From an uncultured Chloroflexia bacterium (GTDB taxonomy: Bacteria > Chloroflexota > Limnocylindria > Limnocylindrales > CSP1-4), in contig CAVPWX010000006.1 in the NCBI GenBank assembly GCA_963709605.1, forward strand, positions 9,110-73,109: 64,000 nt of DNA, written 5' to 3'. Positions 28,523 through 36,233 of this stretch are shown here, piece by piece. The notes under the pieces were generated by a model. The model saw only the letters and a program-made list of their open reading frames with translations. It ran no database searches and was not told where the DNA came from. Numbering within the stretch: the stretch's first letter is position 1; each line of letters begins with the position of its first letter. Position numbers and translations under genes: made by a program.

Positions 28523-29839
28523 TCATGCCATCCAGTCCGGGGCGTCGCCGCCCAGCCAGCCGGGCAGCCACTCCGCCTCGGCCGCGATCAGCTCGTCGGT
28601 CAGCCGCCACGCCTCGTCGAGGGAGAGGGCGGCCTGCACCTGGGGGTCGGCCAGGACGGCGTGGTAGACGAGGTCGCGGTCCTCGTCGAGCGCCGCCCGG
28701 ACGGTCAGCTCCTGGCAGTCGACGGCCGGCCGGGTGTACGCCGCGCACTGCGGCGGCAGGGGGCCGACGACGATCGGGTGGACGCCCAGCCCGTCGACGA
28801 GGGCCGGCACCTCCACGCAGGCGTCGGCGGCGAGGTTGTCGATGAGCCGGCCGCCGTCGTTGGGAACGTTCGCCACGATCCTCGCCGGCGCTCCCGCGGT
28901 CACCGCGTGGACGATGACCGCCGCGTACTCGCCGCTTCGCTCGATCTCGAAGGGCTCGCCGGCGTCGAGGCGGCGCTTCGTCGCCTCGTATTCCGCGAGG
29001 TTGCCGGCGACGCGCGAGAGGTACTCCCCGATGGGGATGTTGAAGCGCTCCACCTGGCCCTTGGGGATGAACCACGGGTTGTACTCGGCGTGGTGCTCGG
29101 ACGACTCCGTCGGGTAGAAGCCGAAGCGACGGAACAGGTCGGCCCGCACGAGGTCGTCGCCGGGCACCAGCCCGGACTCGACGAACGCGTGGAGCGCGGG
29201 GTAGAGATCCACGCCGCGGTGCTCCAGGCGGAGGATCCAGGCGAGGTGGTTCACCCCGGCAGACAGGGCGTCGACCTCGGCGACGGGGACGTCCAGGTAC
29301 TCGGCGAGGCGGTGGACGGTCCAGTAGACGGAGTGGCACAGGCCGACCGTCGGGATCCCGATCGCCTCGTCGACCGCCCGGACGAGCATCCCCATCGGGT
29401 TCGTGTAGTTCAGGAGGAGCGCCTCGGGGCAGACCTCGGCCATGTCCGAGGCGATCCCCAGGACGACCGGGATCGTCCGCAGCCCGCGCAGCACGCCGCC
29501 GGCGTTGATGGTGTCGTTGATCGTGTAGCGCAGGCCGAAGCGGGCGGGGACGTCGAAGTCGACCTGCGTCGCCCGGGCGCCGCCGACCTGGACCGTGTTG
29601 ACGACGTAGTCGGCCCCCGCCAGCGCCTCGCGGCGGTCGAGGCTGCCCCGGATCGTCGGCTCCGCGCCGAGCGCGCCGGCCGTCCAGCGGGCCATCCGCT
29701 CCGCGGTCGCCAGGCGATCGGGATCGATGTCGTGGAGGACGATCTCGGCGTCGACGAGCTCGGGGTACGAGAGGAAGTCGCCCAGCAGGTTACGGGTGAA
29801 CTCGACGCTCCCGGCGCCGACCAGCACGATCCGCGGCAT
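28523..29839 (-). CDS. Glycoside hydrolase family 4 (NAD+/Mn2+-dependent alpha-glucosidase/alpha-galactosidase type)
   Basis: 438 aa starting MPRIVLVGAGSVEFTRNLLGD (Rossmann fold), with LLNYTNPMGM and the GLCHSV catalytic region. It starts 1 nt after the stop of the SIS gene. Confidence 0.85.
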   Translation of the reverse strand: MPRIVLVGAGSVEFTRNLLGDFLSYPELVDAEIVLHDIDPDRLATAERMARWTAGALGAEPTIRGSLDRREALAGADYVVNTVQVGGARATQVDFDVPARFGLRYTINDTINAGGVLRGLRTIPVVLGIASDMAEVCPEALLLNYTNPMGMLVRAVDEAIGIPTVGLCHSVYWTVHRLAEYLDVPVAEVDALSAGVNHLAWILRLEHRGVDLYPALHAFVESGLVPGDDLVRADLFRRFGFYPTESSEHHAEYNPWFIPKGQVERFNIPIGEYLSRVAGNLAEYEATKRRLDAGEPFEIERSGEYAAVIVHAVTAGAPARIVANVPNDGGRLIDNLAADACVEVPALVDGLGVHPIVVGPLPPQCAAYTRPAVDCQELTVRAALDEDRDLVYHAVLADPQVQAALSLDEAWRLTDELIAAEAEWLPGWLGGDAPDWMA

Positions 29840-29840
29840 C

Positions 29841-30941
29841 TCAGCCCTCCGTGACGGCGTCGCCGACGCCGACGATGTGACGCAGCCCCTGGCTGTGGTA
29901 GCGCTCCACCCAGCCGGGGTGGTCCGGGTCGTGGCCCCGGCGGCGGGCCAGGGCGAAGGCGAGGAGGGCGACGGGGGCAACCGCCGTGAGCGGGGCGAGA
30001 TCCTCGACGGCCGATGCGGGGAGCGGGAGGTGGTCCGCGCCGCCGGTCGTTGGCCCGTCCCCCGGGCCGACCTCCACGACCCGGGCTCCCCAGTCGCGCG
30101 CATGACGGGCGACGTCGGTGGTCGCCTCGCGGCCGGGCCCTGCAGGGGCGAGAGCCACGACCACGCTTCCCGGTCCGACGATCGTCGCGGACCCCGAGGC
30201 CATCTCCCACGACTCGGCGCCCTCGGCATGGACGAGGGCCATCTCCTTGAGCTTGAGCGCGGCTTCCAAGGCGGCCGCCGTGGCGTTGCCGCTGCCCACG
30301 ACGAAGAGGTGCTCGCGATCGGCGAGGGCGTCGGCGAGGAGCTCGACGCGGGGCTCGGCGGCCGCGACGGCTGCCGCGACGTCATCGGCCGCGCCCGCCA
30401 GGGCGTCGCGCACGGCCCGGGCCCGCGCGCCGCCGAGCAGCTCGCCCAGCAGCAGGTGCGTGGCCGCGAGGGTCGCCACGAACGTCTTCGTCATCACCGG
30501 GACGTCGCTCGGTCCGCCGGAGGAGCGGACGACGTGCTGCGCGGTGCGGTCGAGGGTGCTGCCGGGAACGTGGACGACGCCCACGGTCGGCACGCGCCCG
30601 CGCAGGGCGTCCACGACCGCGAGGACGTCGCGGAACTCCCCGGAGGCGGAGATGCCGACGACGGCGTCGCCCGGGCCGAGCGCCGGGAGATAGGTGCGGA
30701 ACTCGCCGGCCGGAAGGGCGATCACCGTCGGGTCGTCGGCCGCCGCGTGGCGCCTGTAGAAGGTGGCGGCGGCGAGCGCCGAGTGGTACGAGGTGCCGTT
30801 GCCGATCACGTGGATCCGCCGCGTCCCGGCGGCCCGGAGGGCGGCGGCGGCGGCGCGAGCCCCCGGAAGGCTGTCGGCGAGGGTCGCCCGGATCGCCTCT
30901 GCCTCGGCGGCGATCTCGGCCGGAACGGTGCCGGAGATCAT
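29841..30941 (-). CDS. Double-SIS-domain sugar-phosphate isomerase/deaminase/deglycase (AgaS / FrlB / GlmS-C-terminal like)
   Basis: 366 aa with two SIS modules, RIHVIGNGTSYHSALAAA and HLFVVGSGNATAAALEAALKLKEMA. No glutaminase domain is present. Confidence 0.8.
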   Translation of the reverse strand: MISGTVPAEIAAEAEAIRATLADSLPGARAAAAALRAAGTRRIHVIGNGTSYHSALAAATFYRRHAAADDPTVIALPAGEFRTYLPALGPGDAVVGISASGEFRDVLAVVDALRGRVPTVGVVHVPGSTLDRTAQHVVRSSGGPSDVPVMTKTFVATLAATHLLLGELLGGARARAVRDALAGAADDVAAAVAAAEPRVELLADALADREHLFVVGSGNATAAALEAALKLKEMALVHAEGAESWEMASGSATIVGPGSVVVALAPAGPGREATTDVARHARDWGARVVEVGPGDGPTTGGADHLPLPASAVEDLAPLTAVAPVALLAFALARRRGHDPDHPGWVERYHSQGLRHIVGVGDAVTEG

Positions 30942-30973
30942 GTGTCGGAGGGCTCCTTTCGAGACACTGCCGG

Positions 30974-31726
30974 TCAGCGGGCCACCACGACGCGGACGCC
31001 GCGGGCCTGGAGGGCGACGACGTCGGCCGGATCGGCGCCCGCGTCGGTGACGACGGTGTCGACCTGGTCGAACCCGAAGACGAAGGCGGGGGCGACCTGG
31101 GCGAACTTGCTCGAGTCGGCGAGGACCACGCAGCTGCGGGCGCTGCGCCGGAGGGCCCGGTCGGTGAGGATCTCGGGGATCGAGTCGTTCATGAGGCCGT
31201 GGTCCGGGTCCACCGCCCCGATCCCCATGAAGAGCGTGTCGGCCCGCAGCTCGCGGAGGGCGAGCTCGGCGAGGTGCCCGAGCATGGAGTGCATCCTCGG
31301 TCGGACCACCCCGCCGAGGATCACCAGCTCGATCCCCTCGCGGTCGAGGAGGACCGAGGCGACATCGAGGGCGTTCGTGATCACCGTGAGGCGCCGGTCG
31401 GCGAGCCGGCGGGCCAGCTCCATGGTGGTCGTGCCGCTGGAGATCGCGATCGTCTGGCCGTCCGCCACCAGGGACGCCGCCGCCGCGCCGATCGCCCGCT
31501 TGGCCTCGGCAGCCGGGTCGCGGCGGGCTGCCGGCGACCGCTCGGCGGCGGCGAGCGCGGCGCCGCCGTACGTCCGGAGGAGAGTGCCGTCGTCTGCCAG
31601 CTGGGCCAGGTCGCGGCGGATCGTCGACGGCGTGACGCCGAGGTCCCGGGCGAGCGTGGCGACGCTGGCACGCCCATCCTCGCTCAGGCGGCGGAGCAGC
31701 TGGCTGCGGCGGTCGCGGCGCGGCAT
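30974..31726 (-). CDS. DeoR-family transcriptional regulator
   Basis: 250 aa with an HTH region ASVATLARDLGVTPSTIRRDLAQLADDGTLLRTYGGA and a DeoR C-terminal sensor domain (IAISSGTTT.., FMGIGAVD..). ATG start at 31726. Confidence 0.88.
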   Translation of the reverse strand: MPRRDRRSQLLRRLSEDGRASVATLARDLGVTPSTIRRDLAQLADDGTLLRTYGGAALAAAERSPAARRDPAAEAKRAIGAAAASLVADGQTIAISSGTTTMELARRLADRRLTVITNALDVASVLLDREGIELVILGGVVRPRMHSMLGHLAELALRELRADTLFMGIGAVDPDHGLMNDSIPEILTDRALRRSARSCVVLADSSKFAQVAPAFVFGFDQVDTVVTDAGADPADVVALQARGVRVVVAR

Positions 31727-31770
31727 ATGCGCATCTTCTGACGCACAACGCGCGCCGTCAACGGTCGATC

Positions 31771-31787
31771 CTGCGCATATCGCGCAG
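31771..31787. promoter_or_regulatory. Imperfect palindrome ctgcgc-atatc-gcgcag in the divergent deoR/aldolase control region; candidate operator
   Basis: Read directly. A related atatgcgcat overlaps the deoR start codon (31724-31734). The assignment as an operator is inference only. Confidence 0.25.
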
Positions 31788-31855
31788 ACTCGGCATTGTT
31801 CCTCTCCCGCAGCGCGCGGTACGATCGCGGCGTCCTGTTCCGCCCGAGGTGCCCG

Positions 31856-32827
31856 ATGCCGTACCCGCTCGGCACGCGGCGCGGGCTGGAGGCGTGTGCC
31901 TCGGCTCGCGGCACGTTCGCCGTCCTCGCCCTCGACCACCGCCAGAACCTCCGCAGGGAGCTCCACCCCGAGGCGCCGGAGACGACGACCTACGACGAGA
32001 TGGTGGCCTTCAAGCGGGCGGTCGTGCGGGCCCTGGCCGGAACGGCCACGGGGACGCTCCTGGACCCCGAGATCGGCGCCGCCCAGTGCATCGCCGACGG
32101 CTCCCTGCCGGGCCGTGCCGGCCTCCTCGTCGCGATCGAGGCGACCGGCTACGAGGGGCCCCCGACGGCCCGCGTCAGTCGCGTCCTGCCGGGATGGTCG
32201 GTCGAGCAGGCGAAGCGCCTCGGCGCGTCGGCAGCGAAGCTCCTCGTCTACTACCACCCCGCCGCCGCGAACGCCGCCGACCAGCAGCGCCTCGTGGCGG
32301 ACGTTGCCGCCGCCTGCCGCGCCGCCGACCTCGCGCTGTTCGTGGAGCCGCTCGGGTTCGACCCGTCGACCGGCGGGAAGCTGACGGGCGAGGCGCGGCG
32401 GCGCTGCGTCGTGGAGACCGCGCGGCGGCTCATGGCCTCGGGCGGCGACGTCCTGAAGGCCGAGTTTCCCTACGACCCGGGCGTGGCGGACGAAGCGGCC
32501 TGGGCCGACGCGTGCGCCGAGCTCGAGGCGACGTCGCCCGTCCCCTGGGTCCTCCTGTCGGGTGGGGTCGACGACGCGACGTTCGAACGCCAGGTCGCGG
32601 TCGCCTGCCACGCCGGCGCCTCCGGCGTCCTCGTCGGGCGGTCGGTCTGGGCGCCGGCGGCCACGCTGCCCACCGCGGCGCGCGACACGTGGCTGGCGAC
32701 GGAGGGGCGGGCCCGCCTGGCCCGGCTGGCCGCCCTCGTCGACGACCTCGGCGTTCCCTGGCACGCCCGGCCCGGGACGCTCGACGCCGGGGACGTCCCG
32801 GGCGAGGGCTGGTACGGGGAATACTGA
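31856..32827 (+). CDS. Class I tagatose-1,6-bisphosphate aldolase family protein (LacD / YihT family)
   Basis: The following blocks parallel LacD along the whole length: FAVLALDHRQNLRR, TLLDPEIG, LVAIEATGYE, WSVEQAKRLGASAAKLLVYY, DVLKAEFP and PWVLLSGGVDDATF..GASGVLVGRSVW. I chose the ATG at 31856 over the listed 31796. Confidence 0.85.
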   Translation: MPYPLGTRRGLEACASARGTFAVLALDHRQNLRRELHPEAPETTTYDEMVAFKRAVVRALAGTATGTLLDPEIGAAQCIADGSLPGRAGLLVAIEATGYEGPPTARVSRVLPGWSVEQAKRLGASAAKLLVYYHPAAANAADQQRLVADVAAACRAADLALFVEPLGFDPSTGGKLTGEARRRCVVETARRLMASGGDVLKAEFPYDPGVADEAAWADACAELEATSPVPWVLLSGGVDDATFERQVAVACHAGASGVLVGRSVWAPAATLPTAARDTWLATEGRARLARLAALVDDLGVPWHARPGTLDAGDVPGEGWYGEY

Positions 32828-32832
32828 GCACG

Positions 32833-33816
32833 ATGGATCCCGCGCCGCCGGCGCCGACCGCCACTCCCGCCAGCGACCTCGACCTCCTCGTCCTCGGGGA
32901 GGTGAACCCGGACGTCGTCGTCCGGGCCGCCGACCCGCGTCCCGCCTTCGGCCAGGTGGAGCGATGGGTCGACGGGATCGAGCTCGTGATCGGGAGCTCG
33001 TCGGTCATCTTCGCCTGCGGCGCCGCCCGCCTGGGGCTGCGCACGGCGATGGCCGGCGTCGTCGGCGACGACCCGCTCGGGCGCTTCATGCTCGCCGCGA
33101 TGGCCGAGCGGGGCCTCGACGTCGGGGCCGTCCGGGTCGACCCCGCCGTCCCGACCGGCGCCAGCGTCATCCTCGCCGGCCCGGCCGACCGGGCCATCCT
33201 CACGGCCCCCGGGACGACGCCGTTCCTGCGGGTCGCGGATGTCTCGCCGGCGCTTCTGGCCCGGGCGCGCCACGTCCACGTGGGCAGCCTCTTCCTCCTC
33301 GACGCGGCGCGCCCCGACCTGCCCGCGCTCTTCCGGGCGGCGCGAGCCGGGGGCGCGACGACGTCGATCGACTGCAACTGGGACCCGCGGGGAACGTGGG
33401 ACGGCGGGCTGCGGGCGCTCCTCGCCGAGACCGACGTCTTCCTGCCGAACGCCGCGGAGGCGACCCGGATCGCCGGGGTCGTCGACGTGGAGACGGCCGC
33501 CCGGGCGCTCGTCGCGCTCGGACCGCGGGTCGTCGCGGTCAAGCTGGGGGCCGACGGCGCGCTGGCGGCCGCAGCCGACGGCGCGCTGGCACGCCGCCCC
33601 GCGCTGCCGGTCGAGCCGGTGGACACGACCGGGGCCGGCGACTCGTTCGACGCCGGCTTCCTCGCCGGGTGGCTGGCCGGCCGGCCGCTCGAGGCGTGCC
33701 TCGCGCTGGGCGTCGCCTGCGGCTCCCTCTCGACGCGCGGCGTCGGGGGCACGGCGGCCCAGCCGACCCTCGCCGAGGCCGAGGCGGCCGCCCGCGCTGC
33801 CGGGCTCCTTCCGTGA
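32833..33816 (+). CDS. PfkB-family carbohydrate kinase (ribokinase/fructokinase-like)
   Basis: 327 aa with DLLVLGEVNPDVVV.., NWDPRG.. and the PfkB signature VDTTGAGDSFDAGFLAGWL. Confidence 0.85.
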   Translation: MDPAPPAPTATPASDLDLLVLGEVNPDVVVRAADPRPAFGQVERWVDGIELVIGSSSVIFACGAARLGLRTAMAGVVGDDPLGRFMLAAMAERGLDVGAVRVDPAVPTGASVILAGPADRAILTAPGTTPFLRVADVSPALLARARHVHVGSLFLLDAARPDLPALFRAARAGGATTSIDCNWDPRGTWDGGLRALLAETDVFLPNAAEATRIAGVVDVETAARALVALGPRVVAVKLGADGALAAAADGALARRPALPVEPVDTTGAGDSFDAGFLAGWLAGRPLEACLALGVACGSLSTRGVGGTAAQPTLAEAEAAARAAGLLP

Positions 33817-34847
33817 GCGACGCTCGGGGCGCCCGTGCGGGCGAGTCAGGGGATGCAGGCGGGTCCCGGGGCCCAGGTGCCGGCCGGCCGGCGCTCGCGT
33901 GGCGCCTCGTCTGCGTCTCGGTCAACGCGGCCATCGACAAGACCGCCGCCGTGGACCGCCTCGTCCCGGGCGAGATCCACCGGCCGGAGCTGCTCTCGGT
34001 CCTGCCCGGCGGGAAGGCCCTCAACGTGGCGCGGGCCGCACGGACGCTCGGCCTCGTGGCGTCCGTCGTGGCCGTCCTCGGCGGGCACGCCGGCGACTGG
34101 ATGGAGGATGCCCTGGCCCGCCGCGGCATCCGCACCCGCGCCGTGCGCGTGGCCGGCGAGACGCGGACCTGCCTGTCGGTGGTCGACCGCGGGACCGGCG
34201 CGCTCACGGAGTTCTACGAGGCCGGCCTGACCCTCGACGCGGACGGCTGGACGGCGGTGGAGCGGGCACTCCATGCCGAGCTCGCGGAGGACCAGGCCCA
34301 CGTGCTGGTCGTGATCGCCGGGAGCCTGCCTCCCGGCGCGCCGGTCGATGGGTACGGACGCCTGGCGGCACTCGCGGACGGCGCCGGGGCCCGGGCGGTC
34401 GTGGACGCCGGCGGGGCACACCTCGCGGCCGCTCTCGCGGCCCGCCCGTGGCTGGTCAAGGTCAACGCCCGCGAGGCGGCCGAGGCGACGGGCATCCCGG
34501 CACCCGACGAGCCCGGGGCCCTCGCGGCCGCACGGGCGCTGCAGGCCGGCGGTGCCTCCGTCGCACTCGTGACGCGGGGGGTGGACGGCGCCGTGCTCGT
34601 CGCCGAGGACGGCGCGCCCTGGCGTATCGGGCCGCCGCCGGAGCTCGGCCCGTACGTCGTCGGCAGTGGCGACGCGCTGCTGGCCGGCCTCGTCGCCGCC
34701 CTCGCCGCGGGCCATTCGCTCCCCGAGGCCGCCCGCCGGGGTGCGGCGGCGGCCTGTGCCAACGCCCTCGTCCCCGGCCAGGGCGAGCTCGATCCGGCGG
34801 ACGCAGCACGGGTCCTCGCGGGGATCACCCTGGACCCCCTCGGCTGA
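33813..34847 (+). CDS. 1-phosphofructokinase / tagatose-6-phosphate kinase family (FruK/LacC/PfkB) protein
   Basis: The sequence shows VSVNAAIDKTAAVDRLVPGEIHR.., LPGGKALNVA, LVKVNAREAAEATG and VVGSGDALLAGLVAAL. No ATG is nearby, so I propose the GTG at 33813, which overlaps the upstream stop (GTGA). That leaves an unusual N-terminal extension of about 30 aa. Confidence 0.8.
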   Translation: MSDARGARAGESGDAGGSRGPGAGRPALAWRLVCVSVNAAIDKTAAVDRLVPGEIHRPELLSVLPGGKALNVARAARTLGLVASVVAVLGGHAGDWMEDALARRGIRTRAVRVAGETRTCLSVVDRGTGALTEFYEAGLTLDADGWTAVERALHAELAEDQAHVLVVIAGSLPPGAPVDGYGRLAALADGAGARAVVDAGGAHLAAALAARPWLVKVNAREAAEATGIPAPDEPGALAAARALQAGGASVALVTRGVDGAVLVAEDGAPWRIGPPPELGPYVVGSGDALLAGLVAALAAGHSLPEAARRGAAAACANALVPGQGELDPADAARVLAGITLDPLG

Positions 34848-34864
34848 GGATCGCGGCTCCTCCG

Positions 34865-35332
34865 CTACCCCGCCGCGAGACGCTCGAAGCGCGCGCGGAC
34901 CCGGCGCAGCGCACGGCGGTCCTGGCAGGCCACGAAGACCGTGTCGTCGCCGGCGACCGAGCCGGCGACGTCGGGCCAGCGCGCCCGGTCCAGCGAGGCC
35001 GCGATCGCGTGGGCCGACCCCGGCAGGGTCACCAGGACGAGCAGCACGCCCGCCTCCCGGATCTCCACCGGCAGGTCGCGGAAGAGGCGACGCAGCCGCT
35101 CCTCACCCGTCGGGTCGGCATCGGCAAGGCGCGAGGGAAGAGCGTAGACGGCGACCCCGTCGCGGTGTGCCTTGGTCAGCTGGAGCTCGGCGATGTCCCG
35201 GCTGATCGTCGCCTGCGTCGTCCGAAAGCCGCGGTCGCGGAGCGCGGCCGCCAGCTCCAGCTGGGTCCGGATGGGACGCTGCTCCACGAGGTCGCGGATC
35301 GCCCGCTGGCGGAGCTGCTTCATCACTTCCAC
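34865..35332 (-). CDS. argR: Arginine repressor ArgR
   Basis: The protein has a winged-helix region RTQLELAAALRDRGFRTTQATISRDIAEL and a C-terminal oligomerisation/Arg-binding region GSVAGDDTVFV. The start is ambiguous: GTG at 35332 or 35326, or ATG at 35323. Confidence 0.85.
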   Translation of the reverse strand: MEVMKQLRQRAIRDLVEQRPIRTQLELAAALRDRGFRTTQATISRDIAELQLTKAHRDGVAVYALPSRLADADPTGEERLRRLFRDLPVEIREAGVLLVLVTLPGSAHAIAASLDRARWPDVAGSVAGDDTVFVACQDRRALRRVRARFERLAAG

Positions 35333-35348
35333 GGCGGCGGTCCCGGCC

Positions 35349-36176
35349 CTACGCGGAGAGGAAGTGGACGACGACGACGCCCGCCAGCACCAGGCGATAG
35401 ACGACGAAGATCGTCATCGGGTGGTTGCGCAGGTAGCGCAGGAGAACCGCGATCGCCACGAACCCCGCCGCGGCGGCCGCCAGCATCCCGGCGACGAGGA
35501 TCCCCGCGTCGACCGGCACGCCCGAGTCGCCGGCGAGGAGCTTGCGGAACTCCCAGATCACTGCGCCGAGGGTGATCGGCGTCGCCATCAGGAAGCTGAA
35601 GCGGGCCGCTCCCTCCCGCGTCAGGCCGGCGAAGAGGCCGGCGCTGATGCTGATGCCGGACCGGCTGATGCCCGGCACGAGCGCGATCGCCTGGGCGCAT
35701 CCGATCCCGAACGCCGCGCCGAAGCCGAGGCCGTCGAGCTGCTTCGTCTGGCGGCCGAGCCGGTCGGCCGTCCAGAGGATGCCGGCACCGATCACGAGCG
35801 TCAGGGCCACGAGGAGCTCCTGCCGGACCTGCTCCTCGAAGAAGTCGTTGAGCGCGACGCCCACGACCACGGCGGGCGGGAGGGTCGCCGCGATCAGCCA
35901 CGCCAGCTTGCGATCGGGGTCGCCCCGGAACGACCGGTCGCGAAGGGTCGCAAGGCCCGCCGGGACGAGGCGGGCCCAGTCACGCCAGAAGTAGGCGAAC
36001 AGGGCGACGAGCGTCCCGACGTGGAGCATCACGGTGAACGCCAGGGACGTGATGAAAGGATCGTCCCAGCCGGCGATGTGCGGGACGACGAGCAGGTGGC
36101 CGGACGAGGAGATCGGCAGGAACTCGGTGAGACCCTGGATGATCCCCATGACGATGGCCTGGAGGAGCGTGTCCAT
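35349..36176 (-). CDS. uppP: Undecaprenyl-diphosphate phosphatase
   Basis: MDTLLQAIVMGIIQGLTEFLPISSSGHL is the BacA/UppP signature. Eight hydrophobic segments are present and the 275-aa ORF is intact. Confidence 0.92.
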   Translation of the reverse strand: MDTLLQAIVMGIIQGLTEFLPISSSGHLLVVPHIAGWDDPFITSLAFTVMLHVGTLVALFAYFWRDWARLVPAGLATLRDRSFRGDPDRKLAWLIAATLPPAVVVGVALNDFFEEQVRQELLVALTLVIGAGILWTADRLGRQTKQLDGLGFGAAFGIGCAQAIALVPGISRSGISISAGLFAGLTREGAARFSFLMATPITLGAVIWEFRKLLAGDSGVPVDAGILVAGMLAAAAAGFVAIAVLLRYLRNHPMTIFVVYRLVLAGVVVVHFLSA

Positions 36177-36186
36177 CGAATCTGAG

Positions 36187-36220
36187 GGCGGGCCGCGCCC
36201 TCGGTGGGGCGCGGCCCGCC
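36187..36220 (-). terminator. Perfect 14-bp GC hairpin (ggcgggccgcgccc / gggcgcggcccgcc, 6-nt loop) between hppA and uppP
   Basis: Read directly. It lies 14 nt downstream of the hppA stop. No U-tract follows, so a role as an intrinsic terminator is uncertain. Confidence 0.45.
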
Positions 36221-36233
36221 GTCGTGATGCTCC

